Below the pieces are notes generated by a model. The model was not told where the DNA came from. It did no database searches and saw nothing but the letters and a program-made list of their open reading frames with translations. A stretch of DNA of 64,000 nt. Origin: an uncultured Thiodictyon sp. Lineage in GTDB: Bacteria; Pseudomonadota; Gammaproteobacteria; Chromatiales; Chromatiaceae. Positions 61,672 to 64,000 of the stretch are shown piece after piece. The translations under genes were made by a program, and so were the position numbers. Numbering within the stretch: the first letter of the stretch is position 1; every line of letters starts with the position of its first letter. The DNA is taken from the NCBI RefSeq assembly GCF_903946935.1, contig NZ_CAJAXH010000014.1, positions 133 to 64,132 on the forward strand. The letters run 5' to 3'.

Positions 61672-64000
61672 CGCCTTCGCCCATCCGGGCGATCCCTTGC
61701 CGGCCCATCTGGAGCGGGTCGCGCAACGGGCCGCCGCCGGCATCGCCCCAACGGCGCGCGCTGAAATCCGCGCCATTGCCTTGGTGGCCGGCCTCTTTCA
61801 CGACCTCGGCAAGGCCACCCCCTGGTTTCAGGAGTATCTGCTGCGGGCCGGTCGGCGCTCAGAACTCAGTCATCACGCCGAGACGGGCGCGCTGCTCCTG
61901 TGGTGGTACAGCGCTGGACTCGATTGGCCACTCTGGCAACGCCTTGCAGCCTTCATTGCGGTGCGCCGTCATCACGGGCCGCTGACCTTCCAGGAATGGC
62001 CGATGCTCCTGGAGCAGATGCGTGCGCAGTGGAGCGAGCCAGATTGTCCGTTGCGCATTCAACTCGCGGCCATGGACCTGGCGGGCATCCACCAGTGGCT
62101 GACCGAGGTCGCCGCACGCCACCCCGGGCAGGGCCTGGCCGCCGCGCCGGAACCATTGACCCTGGCCGCCATTGAGGCGCGGCTGCGCGACCGCCAGACC
62201 CTCGGTTCGAAACTGCGCAAGGCCTTCGGTCCGGTCGACGACGCCCTCGCCCTGCTTGCAGGATTCGGCGCCTTGCTCGCCGTCGACAAGACCGATGCCG
62301 CCCTGCAGGGCAGACAGATCGAACGCCAGCGGCTGCCCGCCGACGCGGTGACGATGCACAAGCAACGACTCTGGGGCGGGGCAGACACCCACCGCCAGGC
62401 GGCCGGTTGCGCCCTGGATCAGCGTCGCGAACAGATTGCGCAGACGGTCGCCCGGACCTGGCTCGCCCACCTGGATCAGCCCCTGCTGACCCTCACCGCG
62501 CCGACCGGGGCCGGCAAGACCCTGGCCGTGCTCCACGCCGCCTTGCAGGTCCGCGCCGGGCTGGAGTCGCGTCTCGGCAGTGCCCCGCGCATCATCTATT
62601 GCCTGCCCTTCACTTCGGTCATCGACCAGAACCATGCCGTATTCCGCGCCGTGCTGCGCAGCAATGGCCTGCCCGATCGCGAAGACCTACTGCTCAAGCA
62701 CCATCACCTGACCGAGGCCACCTTCCGCACCGAGGGCGCGGAATATCAAGCGGACGGTGCCGGCCAGCTACTCACCGAAACCTGGCAGAGTGAACTGGTG
62801 GTAACGACCTTTCATCAACTGCTGCACTCACTGCTCAGTCCACGCAACGCCAATCTCAAGCGGGCCGGTCAGTTGACCGGGGCACTGGTCCTGTTAGACG
62901 AGGTCCAATCACTGCCCTTGCGCTACTGGGAGGCCCTGCGGCAATTGTTCATCGCCGCCGCCCGGACCCTTGGCACCCGCTTCGTCCTGCTGACCGCCAC
63001 CCGACCGCTCATCTTCCAGCCGGGCGACGCGGTGGAATTGCTGCCGGATCACGCCACGCATTTCCGCGCCATGACCCGTACCCGGCTGTTGGCTCATCAT
63101 CGCGAACCCATCACGCTGGAGGCCTTCGCCCAGCACCTGATCGCGCAACTGCACCAGCACCCGCGGGCCGCACTCATCATCGTCAATCGACGGCGGGCGG
63201 TGCGCACATTGTTTGAAGCACTGCGTGCCGCCTTCCCGGAGCGCCCCCTGGTCGCACTCTCCACCGACCTGACGCCGCTTGATCGACGGGCACGGATCAG
63301 GCTGATTCAGCGCCTGTTGCGACAGGGCCAGCCGGTCATTGCAGTCACCACCCAATTGGTCGAGGCTGGGGTCGATTTCAGCTTTCCGGTGGTTCATCGC
63401 GACCTGGCACCGCTCGATTCAATCATCCAGGCGGCCGGGCGCTGCAATCGCCACGGCGAGGCCGGCGCGGTGCCGGGTGAGGTCAACCTCTGGCACTTGA
63501 AGACCTCCAAACCGGATGGCAGCCCTGGCGAATCGCTCTGGCGCCGGGTCTATGACAGCGCCCTGATCGAGGTGACACAGGAGACGCTGGGCACGGCGGA
63601 CGGCTGGGATGAATGCGACTTTCTGGAGTTGAGCCAAGACTATTTTCGCGGCTGCCGGGCGCGCCACGACCAGCTGCGAGTCGATGAGCAACTGGCGCGC
63701 GGCGATCTGCTGGCCGTTGAGCACAACTTTCAACTCATCGAGGAGCGGCCAACGGTCTCACTCTTCGTGGTACGCAAACCACCGGACGCGGCACTGTGGG
63801 AAGATTACCGCGCCCTGCGGGACGACCCGCAACTCATGCCCGCCGAACAGGACCAGCGGTTTCGCCCATTCAAGCGGGCCTTTTACGAACGGGTCATCCA
63901 GATTAGCGCCCACGCCGCGCATGGCCTGGACCGCAACGAGGTCAATCGGCTCGACACCGGCCCGGAAACCTATGATCGTCACGCCGGTTTTATCGGCCTG
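61637..64000 (+). CDS. cas3: CRISPR-associated helicase/nuclease Cas3 (partial, runs off window)
   Basis: HD domain (AHLERV, FHDLGK, HH, RHHG); helicase LTAPTGAGKT, YCLPFTSVIDQN, LDEVQ, LTAT, TTQLVEAGVD, QAAGRCNRHG. Confidence 0.95.
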   Translation, partial: MPSAPTASLFSNAFAHPGDPLPAHLERVAQRAAAGIAPTARAEIRAIALVAGLFHDLGKATPWFQEYLLRAGRRSELSHHAETGALLLWWYSAGLDWPLWQRLAAFIAVRRHHGPLTFQEWPMLLEQMRAQWSEPDCPLRIQLAAMDLAGIHQWLTEVAARHPGQGLAAAPEPLTLAAIEARLRDRQTLGSKLRKAFGPVDDALALLAGFGALLAVDKTDAALQGRQIERQRLPADAVTMHKQRLWGGADTHRQAAGCALDQRREQIAQTVARTWLAHLDQPLLTLTAPTGAGKTLAVLHAALQVRAGLESRLGSAPRIIYCLPFTSVIDQNHAVFRAVLRSNGLPDREDLLLKHHHLTEATFRTEGAEYQADGAGQLLTETWQSELVVTTFHQLLHSLLSPRNANLKRAGQLTGALVLLDEVQSLPLRYWEALRQLFIAAARTLGTRFVLLTATRPLIFQPGDAVELLPDHATHFRAMTRTRLLAHHREPITLEAFAQHLIAQLHQHPRAALIIVNRRRAVRTLFEALRAAFPERPLVALSTDLTPLDRRARIRLIQRLLRQGQPVIAVTTQLVEAGVDFSFPVVHRDLAPLDSIIQAAGRCNRHGEAGAVPGEVNLWHLKTSKPDGSPGESLWRRVYDSALIEVTQETLGTADGWDECDFLELSQDYFRGCRARHDQLRVDEQLARGDLLAVEHNFQLIEERPTVSLFVVRKPPDAALWEDYRALRDDPQLMPAEQDQRFRPFKRAFYERVIQISAHAAHGLDRNEVNRLDTGPETYDRHAGFIGL

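Noticed and set aside
57915-64000. CRISPR array near the cas genes
   Set aside because: No run of equal-length direct repeats with unique spacers anywhere in the window; cas3 runs off the end, so any array lies outside.

Overview
High-GC gammaproteobacterial chromosome segment. Gene content and repeat style suggest a Chromatiaceae-like purple sulfur bacterium, but that is inference only. The housekeeping backbone is djlA, rpe-gph-trpE, lptD-surA-pdxA, amgK, tig-clpP-clpX-lon-hupB-tRNA-Val-tRNA-Asp-ppiD, mdtA-mdtB, pyrD, mutY-yggX, tRNA-Gly, glgA and pgi. Four accessory patches interrupt it. (1) A BcgI-like (fused R-M plus S) restriction system whose methylase appears to lack the NPPF/Y catalytic motif and whose S subunit looks truncated. 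(2) About 2.7 kb of concatenated gene fragments (DUF1254/1214, arylsulfatase, META, amidohydrolase). (3) A ~10 kb REP-bounded island with a TPR-repeat protein ending in a HEPN-like RxxxxH domain (broken by a MITE), a Phd/ParE toxin-antitoxin pair, a CorA-like membrane effector (broken) and a circularly permuted DHH phosphoesterase. (4) The start of a type I-B cas operon (cas8b-cas7-cas5-cas3) with no cas6 or array inside the window. At least three small non-coding element families are present: a ~165 bp element with triple-CGCCAAG inverted ends (5.5 copies, one translated in frame inside MdtB, two bracketing a transglutaminase gene), a 118 bp CTAG-duplicating MITE (2 copies, both gene-disrupting), and several REP/REPIN classes. 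All family assignments come from motif recognition by eye; no database searches were run.
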